Below the pieces are notes generated by a model. The model was not told where the DNA came from. It saw nothing but the letters and a program-made list of their open reading frames with translations, and searched no databases. The position numbers and the translations under genes were made by a program. This document shows, piece after piece, positions 35,835-46,016 of a stretch of 63,474 nucleotides of DNA. The DNA is from an uncultured Tissierellaceae bacterium (GTDB lineage Bacteria; Bacillota; Clostridia; Tissierellales; Tissierellaceae). Each line of letters starts with the position of its first letter. The stretch's first letter is position 1. The stretch lies in the NCBI GenBank assembly GCA_964539425.1, contig CAZIII010000002.1:1-63474 (forward strand), read 5' to 3'.

Positions 35835-38800
35835 TTATCTGGACAATATACTTCTAATTGGTAAAGATTCTTTAGTTTCAACTGCATTTAAACCAAGATA
35901 TTGTGCAATTATATCCCTAGCTAATGGAGCTGCATATCCACCACTACCCCCTTGGAAGATTACAACTGCTACAGCAATTTCAGGATCGTCATATGGGGCA
36001 AATGCTACAAACCAAGCAAAATCATCATAAGTATCACCAGAAGAAGGATTAATTCCTGCTCTCTGTGCAGTACCTGTTTTAGACCCTACTTGAACCGGTA
36101 AAGATGAAAATACCTTTCTCATAGATCCATCATTGGATACTGACAACATACCCTTTTTTACATGCTCGAGATTTTCATAATCATTTAATTCTATTCTTTC
36201 AGATTTTATTTCACTTTCATGTACTATCTCAGAATTATTATAATTTTTGATATTATCAATTAAAGTAACTTTATGTCTGTAGCCACCATTAGAAATAGTG
36301 GATATATAACTAGCCATTTGTATTGGAGTATAAGAGCTCTGCCCTTGACCAATAGTAACATTTATTGTATCAGATATATTCCATCCAGCTTGGTTCAAAT
36401 AAGTGTACTTAATTCTGTCAGCTAAGCCTTCTCTATCATTAGCTATTTTTTTCTCTGGATATATACCAAAAGCATCTAATCTTCTAATAACTTCACCTCT
36501 AGTCAAAGGTTCTTCTAACTCAGTCCAATTAACTATATCTTCAATTATTTCTGCAATTTCATCTTCTTTTATTACTAGATCCTCTTTAAAATATTTCTTA
36601 ATATTGTTTCTAAGATATGACCTTAATGAATTCTTAGTAATTATTATCTTTTGCTGTGGATTAGGTACTCCTCCTGAGAATTCAGCTGGTATATTGATTT
36701 CTATCCCGGTTTTATCATTTAGACCCACTTGTTTAGATAGATTTACAATATCTTCTATCTCTACTTTTACCCCTAAATTTTCTCCTGTTCTTTGATTCTT
36801 TCCCAATGCCAAAGAATAAAAATAATAGTTACATGAATCTCTAAGGGCTTGATATACATTTACATGTCCATGTGTTCCCCTGCTTTGGTTCCAAATCCAA
36901 CAACCTGGTGAAGTATTACCAATTTCTACAAAACCCATATCCCTAATAGTCTTTGTAGGACTCATACCCTTTTCTAACCCTGCTAAAGCAGTTACCATTT
37001 TAAAGACCGAACCTGGTTGAACTGCCGTTTGAGTAGCTACATTATATAATGGTCTAGGTGCTAGGGGATCATTATCGTTTTCAGGAAACAAGCTTAGCCA
37101 ATCTGCATTTGATATTCCTGTAGTAAATAAATTTGGATCATAAGATGGATAGCTTGCTAATGCAAGAGTATCTCCAGTTTTTACATCTATTGCAACAACA
37201 GCACCAGATGTCGCATTTATATATGGTCTTCCCTTTTTCCTATTAATGCCATATTGGTAATTTCCCCATGGACTTTCATAAATACCACCAGTACTTATCT
37301 TTTCCAATGTTTGCTCTAAAGAATCTTCTGCCGTCTTCTGTAAGTATTTATCAATTGTTAAGTAGATATTATTCCCAGGTACTGGTTTTATTTCATCAAG
37401 TATATTTGTTGTATTCCCAACGACGTCTACTTCAACGGTTTTTATTCCATTTTTACCTCTTAGATAGCTCTCGAAGCTCTCTTCAACCCCGGTTTTTCCA
37501 ATAATATCATTAGGTGAATAATTACTTTCTTCAACATATTTCTTTATTTCAGATGTTTGACTAATCTTTCCTAAATAACCAAGTATATGAGATGCAGTAT
37601 TACCTTCTGGATAATACCTAACAGGCTCTATTGAAACTTGTATTCCTGGCAACTCTGCTAGCCCTTCTTCGATTTTTGCAACCGTCGTGTTCTGTATATT
37701 GTAAGCAATATTTATAGGTTGATAAGCCCTATGCCCTTGCTTGTTAAGCTGTTCATAAAGTCTTAAGACACCTCTTGATTCATACATACTAAGACCATCA
37801 GATATAGTATATCTTTTTTTTACTTGATTAAATGCTTCTTCAGTATTACTTCCTTCTTTAATCTTATTTGCAGTAAACCAATTGTTTTTATTATTTATTG
37901 CTACATATGCAAAATCATTTGCAATTGAAATTCTAGTATTTATTCCATCTTTTAAAAGCTCTTCCTGTGCTAAAGATTTTATTTTATCACTTGTTACAAA
38001 ATTTTTTAGTACCTTTGCTTTCTCACCATATTCAATTAATATATCTATGACTGTTTCTTCACCAATGCTATCTTTCCCTGTATACTTATACATTACATTA
38101 GATTTGTCTTCACTTAATTCAATTTGTAAAGGAATATCTTTTTCTACTTCTAATATCATATCAAGTAATACTTTACCTGGTATTAATATTTGTTCCTTTC
38201 CTTTTTCATCTTCGCTAATCACTACTCTTTCTAATAAGCTATTAAGGGAAGTATTGATAACAACGTTTGCAAAATCCTCTTTTGCAGTTGTTTCAAGGGT
38301 TACTTCATCATAAGAACTCATTAGTCCTCTTTTTTGGATTTCATATTCTTCATCATATGATAAGGAATACTCTTTAATAGCAATGTTTTCACTTATATTC
38401 TTTTCAACCATTATCTCATATGCTAATTTCCTTGCCAATGGGTGATCAATTATTTTCCTAATTAGAGTCTCATCTTCACCAATTAACTTAACTATTGCTT
38501 CAACTGGTGATAATTCATCCCCTATACCATTTTTTGTTTTCCACCTGGTAAGATCTTCTGTTACCTTATACTCAATAGTCATACTTCCATTTTTGTTTAC
38601 GATAATAGGAACTTCAATTCCCTTATCTCTTAAAGCGTTAATTGCTCTTTCTATTGTTGCAAATGTATAGTGATCTTCATATTCTGAATGAACATAATAT
38701 GTATGCAGTAGTTCAGGTAATATGTTTTGATTTATTATTATATCAACAACTTTGTCATCTGGCTCTTTTTCTTCTATTAAATAACTTTCTTCATCTCTAT

Positions 38801-39176
38801 ATACAAATACATTTAATTTAACGGGGAACTCATCAGCATAACTAACCCCATCTTCTTCTAATAATCTAATTAAAGATAATAAGGTATTGTTTTTTTTATC
38901 AATATCCTTAATATTTAATTCATCTTTTAAAATTTGTACTGTAAAACTTGGCTTGTTTCCAGCTAAGAGTCTTCCATATCTATCTCTTATCTCTCCCCTT
39001 GGTGCAGTTGTATATATCTCTTTCAATCTTTTATTATCAGATATATCTCTATAATAGTCTCCTTGAGCAATAGTTAAAGTTGCCAATCTAATAGTTAGAA
39101 TAGCCATTAATAAAAAAACAATAAACGAAAGAATATTATACCTATTGAATATCTTTTCTAATAATTTCAATTTCAC
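35835..39176 (-). CDS. mrdA: Penicillin-binding protein 2 (class B elongation transpeptidase), unusually large (1113 aa) with two insertions
   Basis: N-terminal TM plus APRGEIRDRYGRLLAGN, RYYPEGNTASHILGY, active-site SVFK (S723), SCN (781-783) and KTG (1033-1035). Located between mreD and minC. Confidence 0.88.
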   Translation of the reverse strand: MKLKLLEKIFNRYNILSFIVFLLMAILTIRLATLTIAQGDYYRDISDNKRLKEIYTTAPRGEIRDRYGRLLAGNKPSFTVQILKDELNIKDIDKKNNTLLSLIRLLEEDGVSYADEFPVKLNVFVYRDEESYLIEEKEPDDKVVDIIINQNILPELLHTYYVHSEYEDHYTFATIERAINALRDKGIEVPIIVNKNGSMTIEYKVTEDLTRWKTKNGIGDELSPVEAIVKLIGEDETLIRKIIDHPLARKLAYEIMVEKNISENIAIKEYSLSYDEEYEIQKRGLMSSYDEVTLETTAKEDFANVVINTSLNSLLERVVISEDEKGKEQILIPGKVLLDMILEVEKDIPLQIELSEDKSNVMYKYTGKDSIGEETVIDILIEYGEKAKVLKNFVTSDKIKSLAQEELLKDGINTRISIANDFAYVAINNKNNWFTANKIKEGSNTEEAFNQVKKRYTISDGLSMYESRGVLRLYEQLNKQGHRAYQPINIAYNIQNTTVAKIEEGLAELPGIQVSIEPVRYYPEGNTASHILGYLGKISQTSEIKKYVEESNYSPNDIIGKTGVEESFESYLRGKNGIKTVEVDVVGNTTNILDEIKPVPGNNIYLTIDKYLQKTAEDSLEQTLEKISTGGIYESPWGNYQYGINRKKGRPYINATSGAVVAIDVKTGDTLALASYPSYDPNLFTTGISNADWLSLFPENDNDPLAPRPLYNVATQTAVQPGSVFKMVTALAGLEKGMSPTKTIRDMGFVEIGNTSPGCWIWNQSRGTHGHVNVYQALRDSCNYYFYSLALGKNQRTGENLGVKVEIEDIVNLSKQVGLNDKTGIEINIPAEFSGGVPNPQQKIIITKNSLRSYLRNNIKKYFKEDLVIKEDEIAEIIEDIVNWTELEEPLTRGEVIRRLDAFGIYPEKKIANDREGLADRIKYTYLNQAGWNISDTINVTIGQGQSSYTPIQMASYISTISNGGYRHKVTLIDNIKNYNNSEIVHESEIKSERIELNDYENLEHVKKGMLSVSNDGSMRKVFSSLPVQVGSKTGTAQRAGINPSSGDTYDDFAWFVAFAPYDDPEIAVAVVIFQGGSGGYAAPLARDIIAQYLGLNAVETKESLPIRSILSR

Positions 39177-39182
39177 TCACCT

Positions 39183-39683
39183 CTATCTTTTGCCAAAATT
39201 AATAGTTGGCACAACAAAAATCTTTGAAAATATCTTATACATAGGAATAGATAAAACCCCAGTATATATGATTTCTATCAATAATACATCTTTCGCAAAT
39301 GATAAAAATGGAATATCTCGGGAAAGAAAAAACATGAAAACATAATAGGAAAAGTTATAAAAAATAATACCAAATATAGAAAATATCAAAGGAATAATAA
39401 TATTATCCCTAGTTAATTTGTTTTCAATTAATCCAATTGAATATCCTATGAAAAAATAGATAAATGCATTTATTCCTATTACTGGACTAAAAACAATGTC
39501 TTGAATTAACCCAATCAATAGTCCTGTAACGCCACCAAAAATTCTTCCTTTATACAAGGCAATCGATATAACTATAATAAGGGCTGTATTAGGTACAACC
39601 CCCATGATACTAATATATGGTAGAATAGAACTCTGTAAAAAAAGGTTCATAAAAATTACCAATGCCAGTATTAATATAATCAT
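39183..39683 (-). CDS. mreD: Rod shape-determining protein MreD
   Basis: 166-aa polytopic membrane protein immediately downstream of mreC. Confidence 0.82.
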   Translation of the reverse strand: MIILILALVIFMNLFLQSSILPYISIMGVVPNTALIIVISIALYKGRIFGGVTGLLIGLIQDIVFSPVIGINAFIYFFIGYSIGLIENKLTRDNIIIPLIFSIFGIIFYNFSYYVFMFFLSRDIPFLSFAKDVLLIEIIYTGVLSIPMYKIFSKIFVVPTINFGKR

Positions 39684-39698
39684 ATTTATCCCACAACC

Positions 39699-40562
39699 TT
39701 AATTAGATATTATATAAACTTTATATAGTTTTTTGAAATTTATCGCAGGCTTCACATATATTCGCTTTGTCAAATCTTCTTCACCACTAATTACTTCATC
39801 TACATCGCCAATATATATATCACTTAAATAGGCACCACCTAGGCCTGAAGTAAATAGCTTGTCTCCTTTAATTACATCAGCATTATTATCAAAAAGATAT
39901 CCCGATATCCGACTATCTGTACTACCTGAAGATATCTGACTATCTATGCTACCTGAAATAATACCCCCATCTTGAGTTCTCAATATCTTAAAAGAAATAT
40001 TGCTTAAGGAATCTACAACAGTCACTATTTTCGCCCAATTATCACCAGTATCTATTACACGTCCCACTATTCCTTCAATTATAGTGTTTTGATCTAACTC
40101 AATACCTTGAATAACAGTATCACCCTTTTTTACATTATCCTTGATTCCTTTATCAATAGTAAATCTATCAAACCAATTATTTGGTTCTTTTCCTACTATA
40201 TTAGCTTCTACTAAATTAAATTTAGTGGAATTCAGAAGTTTGAATTCACTTTTCAAATAATCAGTTTTTCCAATAAGATTTAAATAGCCTCTGTTCTCAT
40301 CTTCTAAAGCTATAATTTGCTTTTTTAGCTCCTCATTTTCAGCTTTTAATTTACTAATATTTTTAAGGTTTTCAAAAAAAACAGAAATATTTTTTCCTGC
40401 TGAATTAAAAATCTTTCCTACTGGCGTAAGAAGATTACCTATTGTTTTCTCCACCTTGCTCAGTGCCATTCGTTCTGTACTAGTAACACCAATTAGAACA
40501 AGGAGAATGATAGCAATTGATGCTACCATCATTCGTTCTTTATTCCTATTGAAAAAGGACAT
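39699..40562 (-). CDS. mreC: Rod shape-determining protein MreC
   Basis: N-terminal TM, coiled coil (ENEELKKQIIALEDEN) and beta-barrel domains. Between mreB and mreD. Confidence 0.88.
   Translation of the reverse strand: MSFFNRNKERMMVASIAIILLVLIGVTSTERMALSKVEKTIGNLLTPVGKIFNSAGKNISVFFENLKNISKLKAENEELKKQIIALEDENRGYLNLIGKTDYLKSEFKLLNSTKFNLVEANIVGKEPNNWFDRFTIDKGIKDNVKKGDTVIQGIELDQNTIIEGIVGRVIDTGDNWAKIVTVVDSLSNISFKILRTQDGGIISGSIDSQISSGSTDSRISGYLFDNNADVIKGDKLFTSGLGGAYLSDIYIGDVDEVISGEEDLTKRIYVKPAINFKKLYKVYIISN
39904..39957 (-). repeat. In-frame 27-bp tandem duplication inside mreC
   Basis: GATATCCGACTATCTGTACTACCTGAA / GATATCTGACTATCTATGCTACCTGAA (24/27 identical) encodes ...GSIDSQISS-GSTDSRISG... 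Confidence 0.85.
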
Positions 40563-40573
40563 AATATCACCAC

Positions 40574-41605
40574 TTAATTTATTCTTTTATTATTAGATAA
40601 AGTTTTTTTAAGTATTTCAATACTATCTAAAGCTTTCCCAGTACCTATAGCAACACAATCCAAAGGATTGTCTGCTATATGGACAGGCATTCCAGTCTCA
40701 TCATTTATTAACTTATCTAAGCCATCCAAGAGAGCTCCTCCACCTGTTAGCATTATACCTAGCTCCATTACATCAGATGCTAGTTCTGGTGGCGTCTTCT
40801 CTAATGTAGACTTTATTGCTTCTATAATATTATAAACTGGTTCCTTCATAGCTAAATATATTTCTTTTGAACTTACTTCTATGGTCTTAGGCAATCCAGT
40901 AATCATATCTCTACCTCTGATTTCCATAGTGCCTAGTCCCGAATCTCCTAAGGCTGATCCAATTGTAATTTTTACTTCTTCAGCAGTTCTTTCACCAATC
41001 ATCAAACTATATTCTTTCTTTATAAAACTGACAATAGATTCATCTAACTCATCCCCACCTACTCTAATAGATTTGGATGTAACTATACCACCTAAAGATA
41101 TAATAGCTACCTCTGTAGTACCTCCTCCGATATCAACTACCATGGATCCTGTTGCATCTTGAACAGGTAGTCCTGACCCTATTGCTGCAGCCATAGGTTC
41201 TTCAATTAAATACGCATCCCTTGCTCCTGCATGTATTGCTGCTTCTTCAACAGCTCTCTTTTCTACTTCTGTTACTCCACTTGGTACACAAACTACAACC
41301 CTAGGTTGAAAGAAAGTCCTTCTTTTTGTAGCTTTTCTAATGAAGTACTTTAACATGTTTTTTGTAACATCAAAATCAGCTATTACTCCATCCCTTAAAG
41401 GTCTAATGGCTACAATATTGCCTGGAGTTCTACCAATCATTTTTTTCGCTTCTTCCCCTACTGCCAATACTTGTTTTGTATTAGTTTGAATTTCAACTAC
41501 TGAAGGTTCCCTAGCTACAACTCCTTTGCCTTTTATATAAACTAAAGTATTTGCTGTTCCTAGATCAATTCCTAAATCTTTCACAAATCCACTAAATAGT
41601 CCCAT
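40574..41605 (-). CDS. mreB: Rod shape-determining actin homolog MreB
   Basis: [32 protein letters not shown] and [11 protein letters not shown]. Start at MGLFSGF is preceded by AGGAG. Confidence 0.93.
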   Translation of the reverse strand: MGLFSGFVKDLGIDLGTANTLVYIKGKGVVAREPSVVEIQTNTKQVLAVGEEAKKMIGRTPGNIVAIRPLRDGVIADFDVTKNMLKYFIRKATKRRTFFQPRVVVCVPSGVTEVEKRAVEEAAIHAGARDAYLIEEPMAAAIGSGLPVQDATGSMVVDIGGGTTEVAIISLGGIVTSKSIRVGGDELDESIVSFIKKEYSLMIGERTAEEVKITIGSALGDSGLGTMEIRGRDMITGLPKTIEVSSKEIYLAMKEPVYNIIEAIKSTLEKTPPELASDVMELGIMLTGGGALLDGLDKLINDETGMPVHIADNPLDCVAIGTGKALDSIEILKKTLSNNKRIN

Positions 41606-41632
41606 ATTAATTGCTCCTTCCTTTACCAAAGC

Positions 41633-42352
41633 TTAAATTAGATTTTTTTCTTTAAAACTAATATATCTATTATCTCCAATAATTAAATGATCTAGTACTT
41701 TTATTCCAATTAAATTTCCCGCATCTATTAATCGATTGGTAATATTGATATCTTCATTACTTGGAGTTGGATCTCCACTTGGATGATTATGTATTAAAAT
41801 AATAGAATTAGCATTTCTCTTTATTGCCGCCTTAAAAACATCCCGTGGATGTACGATGGAAGCATTTAAAGTACCAACAGATATTTCTTCGGTTACGATA
41901 ATCTGATTTTTTGTATCTAATAATAAAATTCGAAAATGTTCCTTTTGCAAGTATCTCATTTCATCCATATATAAGTTTGCAATAGTTAAAGGATCAGTTA
42001 TTTTCACCTTATCTAAAGCATCTTTATAATTTATTCTCTTGCCTAATTCTATTGCTGCTAATATTTGTGCTGACTTACACTCACCAATACCCTTAGTTTC
42101 CATAAGGGATTGCAAGGTTGTATCCCGAAGATGTACAAGCCCTCTATTATCTTTACTCAATATCTTTCTAGCTAAATCAATAGCTGAATCATTTTTGTTT
42201 CCTGTTCTAATAATAATGGCAATTAACTCTTCATTTGATAGAGCTCCTGGACCGTGAGTATAAAGTTTCTCTCTTGGTCTTTCAGTTATTGGAAGTTCTT
42301 TAATAGTGTAATTTTTTTCAATCGTTTGATTAATACTCACACTCCCACCCAC
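41633..42352 (-). CDS. radC: RadC-like JAB domain protein
   Basis: IKELPITERPREKL N-terminus, HhH region, and JAMM motif IILIHNHPSGDPTPSNEDI. The exact start is uncertain (GTG at 42352). Confidence 0.85.
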   Translation of the reverse strand: MGGSVSINQTIEKNYTIKELPITERPREKLYTHGPGALSNEELIAIIIRTGNKNDSAIDLARKILSKDNRGLVHLRDTTLQSLMETKGIGECKSAQILAAIELGKRINYKDALDKVKITDPLTIANLYMDEMRYLQKEHFRILLLDTKNQIIVTEEISVGTLNASIVHPRDVFKAAIKRNANSIILIHNHPSGDPTPSNEDINITNRLIDAGNLIGIKVLDHLIIGDNRYISFKEKNLI

Positions 42353-42356
42353 TTAT

Positions 42357-42938
42357 CTATAATATTTTTATGCTAAAAAATTTATTCAATAAGTAGTCAA
42401 GCTTTCCAAGAGGCAAGCCTACCACATTAGAATAGGATCCATCAATTTTATCAACTAATATTTCTCCATAACCTTGGATTCCATAAGCTCCTGCCTTATC
42501 CATTGGCTCCTTTGTCTGGATATATCTCAATATTTGTTCTTCTGATAAATGTCTAAATCTAACTGTCGTGGTTTCATAATCTATTATCTTAGTATCTGAG
42601 TTTGCTTTAATTATACAAACACCAGTAATTACCCTATGCCCTTTTCCACTTAGAAAGCTTAATATTTCAAAGGCTTCTTTTTCATCTCTAGGCTTCCCTA
42701 GTATTCTGTTCTCTAGTACAACTATTGTATCTGCGCCTATAATAATTTCCCCATTACTAAAATGTTTACTGACCCACAATGATTTCTCAAATGCTAGAGC
42801 CATTACAACTTGTTCAGGCGTCTCTCCTTCTATCTGTTTTTCTTCAATTTCAGAAGGAAATATAATGGGCTGTAAATTGTACTTTTTTAGCATTTCTTCT
42901 CTCCGGGGAGATGAAGAAGCTAATATTATCTTATCCAT
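42357..42938 (-). CDS. maf: Maf-like nucleoside triphosphate pyrophosphatase
   Basis: ILASSSPRR...IIGADTIV...KAGAYGIQG are canonical Maf motifs. Confidence 0.9.
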   Translation of the reverse strand: MDKIILASSSPRREEMLKKYNLQPIIFPSEIEEKQIEGETPEQVVMALAFEKSLWVSKHFSNGEIIIGADTIVVLENRILGKPRDEKEAFEILSFLSGKGHRVITGVCIIKANSDTKIIDYETTTVRFRHLSEEQILRYIQTKEPMDKAGAYGIQGYGEILVDKIDGSYSNVVGLPLGKLDYLLNKFFSIKIL

Positions 42939-42951
42939 ATTGCCTCCTATA

Positions 42952-43467
42952 TTATCTAAACTGTGACTTTAAAAATTTTTTTAGGTTTCTTGAAATATAA
43001 ATTGATCCAAGACCTACAAAATACCCAGTAAACAAACTAGTTAATAGAAGAATCGGTAGATATGAATATATTCTAGCATTATACATCATAAGTGAGGCTA
43101 CACTAACTTGAGCAAAATTGTGGGCTACTGCTCCAAAAATACTTACCCCTATTAGGCTAAATATTTTTGAAAAGTATTTATACACAATAAACATTGCAAT
43201 ACAGCTTAGAATAGCACCTGAAAAACTATATAGGAAGCTAGATATGCTGCCTGTAATTAGTACGAGTACAACGCTTTTTAATGTTCCTACCACTAAAGAT
43301 TCTTTAAATCCAAATAATACTAGTGTAACTAATATAACCATATTTGAAAGTCCTAGTTTAGCACCTGGCACAGTTATTGGTAGAGGAATTGCAGACTCTA
43401 ATACAGATAGTGCAAGACCTATTGATACTAATAAGGACAAGAATATCATTTTTTTTAATCTTATCAT
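42952..43467 (-). CDS. Gx transporter family membrane protein (formerly 'heptaprenyl diphosphate synthase component I'-like, PF07456)
   Basis: 171 aa, 5 TM. LALSVLESAIPLPITVPGAKLGLSNMV matches my recollection of this family. Confidence 0.6.
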   Translation of the reverse strand: MIRLKKMIFLSLLVSIGLALSVLESAIPLPITVPGAKLGLSNMVILVTLVLFGFKESLVVGTLKSVVLVLITGSISSFLYSFSGAILSCIAMFIVYKYFSKIFSLIGVSIFGAVAHNFAQVSVASLMMYNARIYSYLPILLLTSLFTGYFVGLGSIYISRNLKKFLKSQFR

Positions 43468-43482
43468 AGTTATTTATCATCC

Positions 43483-43863
43483 TTAATGGCTAATATTATC
43501 AACTTCTGGTACCTCATTTGAGCCTTTTATCTCTATTACAAGTCTATTTGGCAAGCATACAATTATTTCACCTGGAGCAGAGATATGTCCTTGTTTTACA
43601 TCCAATTCATCTGGACAAGAAGCTTCAATAACTCTCACTGTTCCATCTCCAATTTCAACTAAATTATAACCAAATTGGGTTTCAATGGAAATTGTCTTCC
43701 CAATAACATTCTTGTCGAATATTATTTTCTTGTATTCTTCTCCATCTACTTGAATACTAATATACTTATCCTTATATCCAATTGCATTATTCTTGATAAA
43801 CCCCAAAGATGCTAGGCTGATTGCTATGATAATTATAATTAAAATCTTATCACCTTTAGTCAT
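43483..43863 (-). CDS. NusG domain II-containing protein (DUF1312-like), membrane anchored
   Basis: N-terminal TM, then a small beta domain ending VEASCPDELDVKQGHISAPGEIIVCLPNRLVIEIKG. Start at MTKGDK after the AAGGATGA SD. Confidence 0.6.
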   Translation of the reverse strand: MTKGDKILIIIIIAISLASLGFIKNNAIGYKDKYISIQVDGEEYKKIIFDKNVIGKTISIETQFGYNLVEIGDGTVRVIEASCPDELDVKQGHISAPGEIIVCLPNRLVIEIKGSNEVPEVDNISH

Positions 43864-43956
43864 TATAATCATCCTTTTTTAATAAGTTTATTCAAATTTT
43901 ATACATTACTAGTTTACCATTAATGTTTTTCATTTACAAGTTACAATTTCACAAAA

Positions 43957-43977
43957 ATAGGGCCCTTAAGGCCCTAT
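43957..43977. terminator. Terminator hairpin immediately after rnfB
   Basis: ATAGGGCC-cttaa-GGCCCTAT with flanking A/T runs, 2 nt downstream of the rnfB stop. Confidence 0.7.
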
Positions 43978-43979
43978 TT

Positions 43980-44789
43980 TTAAATCACTGCTTCTTTAGT
44001 TGAATTTGAGTATATTGCTTTTGTAGGACATTTTTCAGCACATACTCCACAATTAATACATTTTTCGTAATTAATCTTTGCCAGGTTGTTCTCAAAGCTA
44101 AATGCATCTACTGGACAATTTTTAACACATATCTGACATCCAATACATCCTATGCTACATTTGCTTTTTACTTCTTTACCTGAATCTTTACTCTTACATT
44201 TTACTACATATTGATTGTCGTATGGAACTAACTCAATAATTGCCTTAGGACATACATTGATACATTTCATACACGCTGTACACTTATCTTTATTAATAAC
44301 AGCTACTCCATTGACTATCTCAATGGCACCAAAGTCGCAAACATCTTTACAAGTTCCACAACCTAAGCACCCAAATGTACAAGTTTTACTTCCAGATTGT
44401 AATATGTTGGCAGCTCTACAATCTTGAATTCCCTCATATCTATATTTTTCCTTTGCCTTATTACAATCTCCTTGACAAAGAACTGTAGCTACATTTCTAT
44501 CTATGTTTACAGCATTGACACCCATAATATCAGATAATGCCTCAGCAACTGACTTACCTCCTACAACGCAGGCATTAGTGTTTGCTTTTCCATCTGCAAT
44601 GGCATTTGCTAGCCCATCGCAACCTGGAAATCCACAAGCTCCACAGTTAGCTCCAGGTAATGCAGTTCTAATTTCTTCTACTTTCGGATCAATTTCTACT
44701 GCAAATACATTAGATGCAATAGATAAGATTACTCCAAAGACTAATCCTAATCCACCAAGCACAATAACCGGATTTAAAATATCTGTCAT
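43980..44789 (-). CDS. rnfB: Rnf complex subunit B (polyferredoxin)
   Basis: N-terminal TM, LPGANCGACGFPGCDGLA, and several CxxCxxCxxxCP 4Fe-4S motifs. Confidence 0.9.
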   Translation of the reverse strand: MTDILNPVIVLGGLGLVFGVILSIASNVFAVEIDPKVEEIRTALPGANCGACGFPGCDGLANAIADGKANTNACVVGGKSVAEALSDIMGVNAVNIDRNVATVLCQGDCNKAKEKYRYEGIQDCRAANILQSGSKTCTFGCLGCGTCKDVCDFGAIEIVNGVAVINKDKCTACMKCINVCPKAIIELVPYDNQYVVKCKSKDSGKEVKSKCSIGCIGCQICVKNCPVDAFSFENNLAKINYEKCINCGVCAEKCPTKAIYSNSTKEAVI

Positions 44790-44800
44790 ATTATTACCCC

Positions 44801-45373
44801 CTAAACAAGTCCATTAAAGCCTAAGAAGGCTATGGACATTAATCCTGCAGTAATTAAAGCTATTGGAAATCCTTTTAATGCTTCAGGAATATCAGCTAGT
44901 TCAAGCTGCTCTCTTATACCTGATATAAGGATTAAGGCTAGAGTAAATCCAATTGAAGATCCTATGGCATTAAAAATAGTTTGATTTAAATTATATCCTT
45001 CTTGAATATTAAGTATTGTAACTCCTAACACTACACAGTTTGTAGTAATTAGTGGTAAGTAAACTCCCAATGCATTATATAATGCGGGGCTCATTTTTTT
45101 CATTACTATTTCAACAAATTGAACTAATGCTGCTATAACTAATATAAAAACTATAGTTTGTAAATATTGCAAACCCATTACATCCAAAATTCCTTTTTGT
45201 ATAAAATAGGTAATTATTGAAGATAGTGTAACTACAAAAGTTACGGCAACACCCATTCCTGTAGCAGTCTCCATTTTGTTTGATACTCCCAAAAATGGGC
45301 AAATACCTAGAAATCGAGCAAATACATAATTATTTACAAAGATTGTACTAATCAATATCGCTGCTATACTCAT
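44801..45373 (-). CDS. rnfA: Rnf complex subunit A
   Basis: 190-aa polytopic protein. NNYVFARFLGICPFLGVS and LPLITTNCVVLG are typical of RnfA/NqrE. Confidence 0.9.
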   Translation of the reverse strand: MSIAAILISTIFVNNYVFARFLGICPFLGVSNKMETATGMGVAVTFVVTLSSIITYFIQKGILDVMGLQYLQTIVFILVIAALVQFVEIVMKKMSPALYNALGVYLPLITTNCVVLGVTILNIQEGYNLNQTIFNAIGSSIGFTLALILISGIREQLELADIPEALKGFPIALITAGLMSIAFLGFNGLV

Positions 45374-45390
45374 TAAGTTTTCCTCCTTAT

Positions 45391-45996
45391 TTAAATTTCA
45401 CTAGTAGTCTTTTTATTTTTAACTACATTGAAAATACCTATTAGAATACCTAGTACAATAAATGCTCCTGGTGATTGTACAAAGATTCCTGCTGGTTGAA
45501 AATTAGCTCCAAATAATGCTTTTCCTAAGAAAGTTCCAGCACCAAATATTTCTCTTATACTTCCTAGTATAACAATAGCAAGAGTATAACCAATTCCCAT
45601 ACTAAGGCCATCTACAATAGAAGGTATTACCTTGTTTTTAAAAGCAAAAGACTCTGCACGAGCAAGTATTATACAGTTTACTACTATTAAAGGAAGAAAT
45701 ATACCTAGGGCTTGATAAATTGGTTGAGCATATGCCTTCATAAACATTTCTATTATAGTAACAAAAGTTGCTATTACAACAACAAATGCCGGAATACGAA
45801 TTTTATCTGGAATTACATTTCTAAGCAAAGAAATTACAAAGTTTGAACCAATCAATACTACGGTTACCGCAGCACCCATAGCTATACTATTTAATACATT
45901 AGTAGTAATAGCTAATGTTGAACACATACCAACTAATTGTACAAATACTGGATTTTCACTTGTAATACCATTTTTAAATATCTTAAATAATTTCAA
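45391..45996 (-). CDS. rnfE: Rnf complex subunit E
   Basis: 201 aa. NPVFVQLVGMCSTLA and LPLIVVNCIILARAE are typical of RnfE/NqrD. Confidence 0.9.
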   Translation of the reverse strand: MKLFKIFKNGITSENPVFVQLVGMCSTLAITTNVLNSIAMGAAVTVVLIGSNFVISLLRNVIPDKIRIPAFVVVIATFVTIIEMFMKAYAQPIYQALGIFLPLIVVNCIILARAESFAFKNKVIPSIVDGLSMGIGYTLAIVILGSIREIFGAGTFLGKALFGANFQPAGIFVQSPGAFIVLGILIGIFNVVKNKKTTSEI

Positions 45997-46016
45997 TCAT
46001 TCCACCTCCAATTTTC

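Noticed and set aside
45111-45302. 63-aa same-strand, out-of-frame ORF inside rnfA
   Set aside because: It is fully nested in the conserved RnfA frame, with no SD and a Cys/Asn/Phe-rich nonsense-like sequence.
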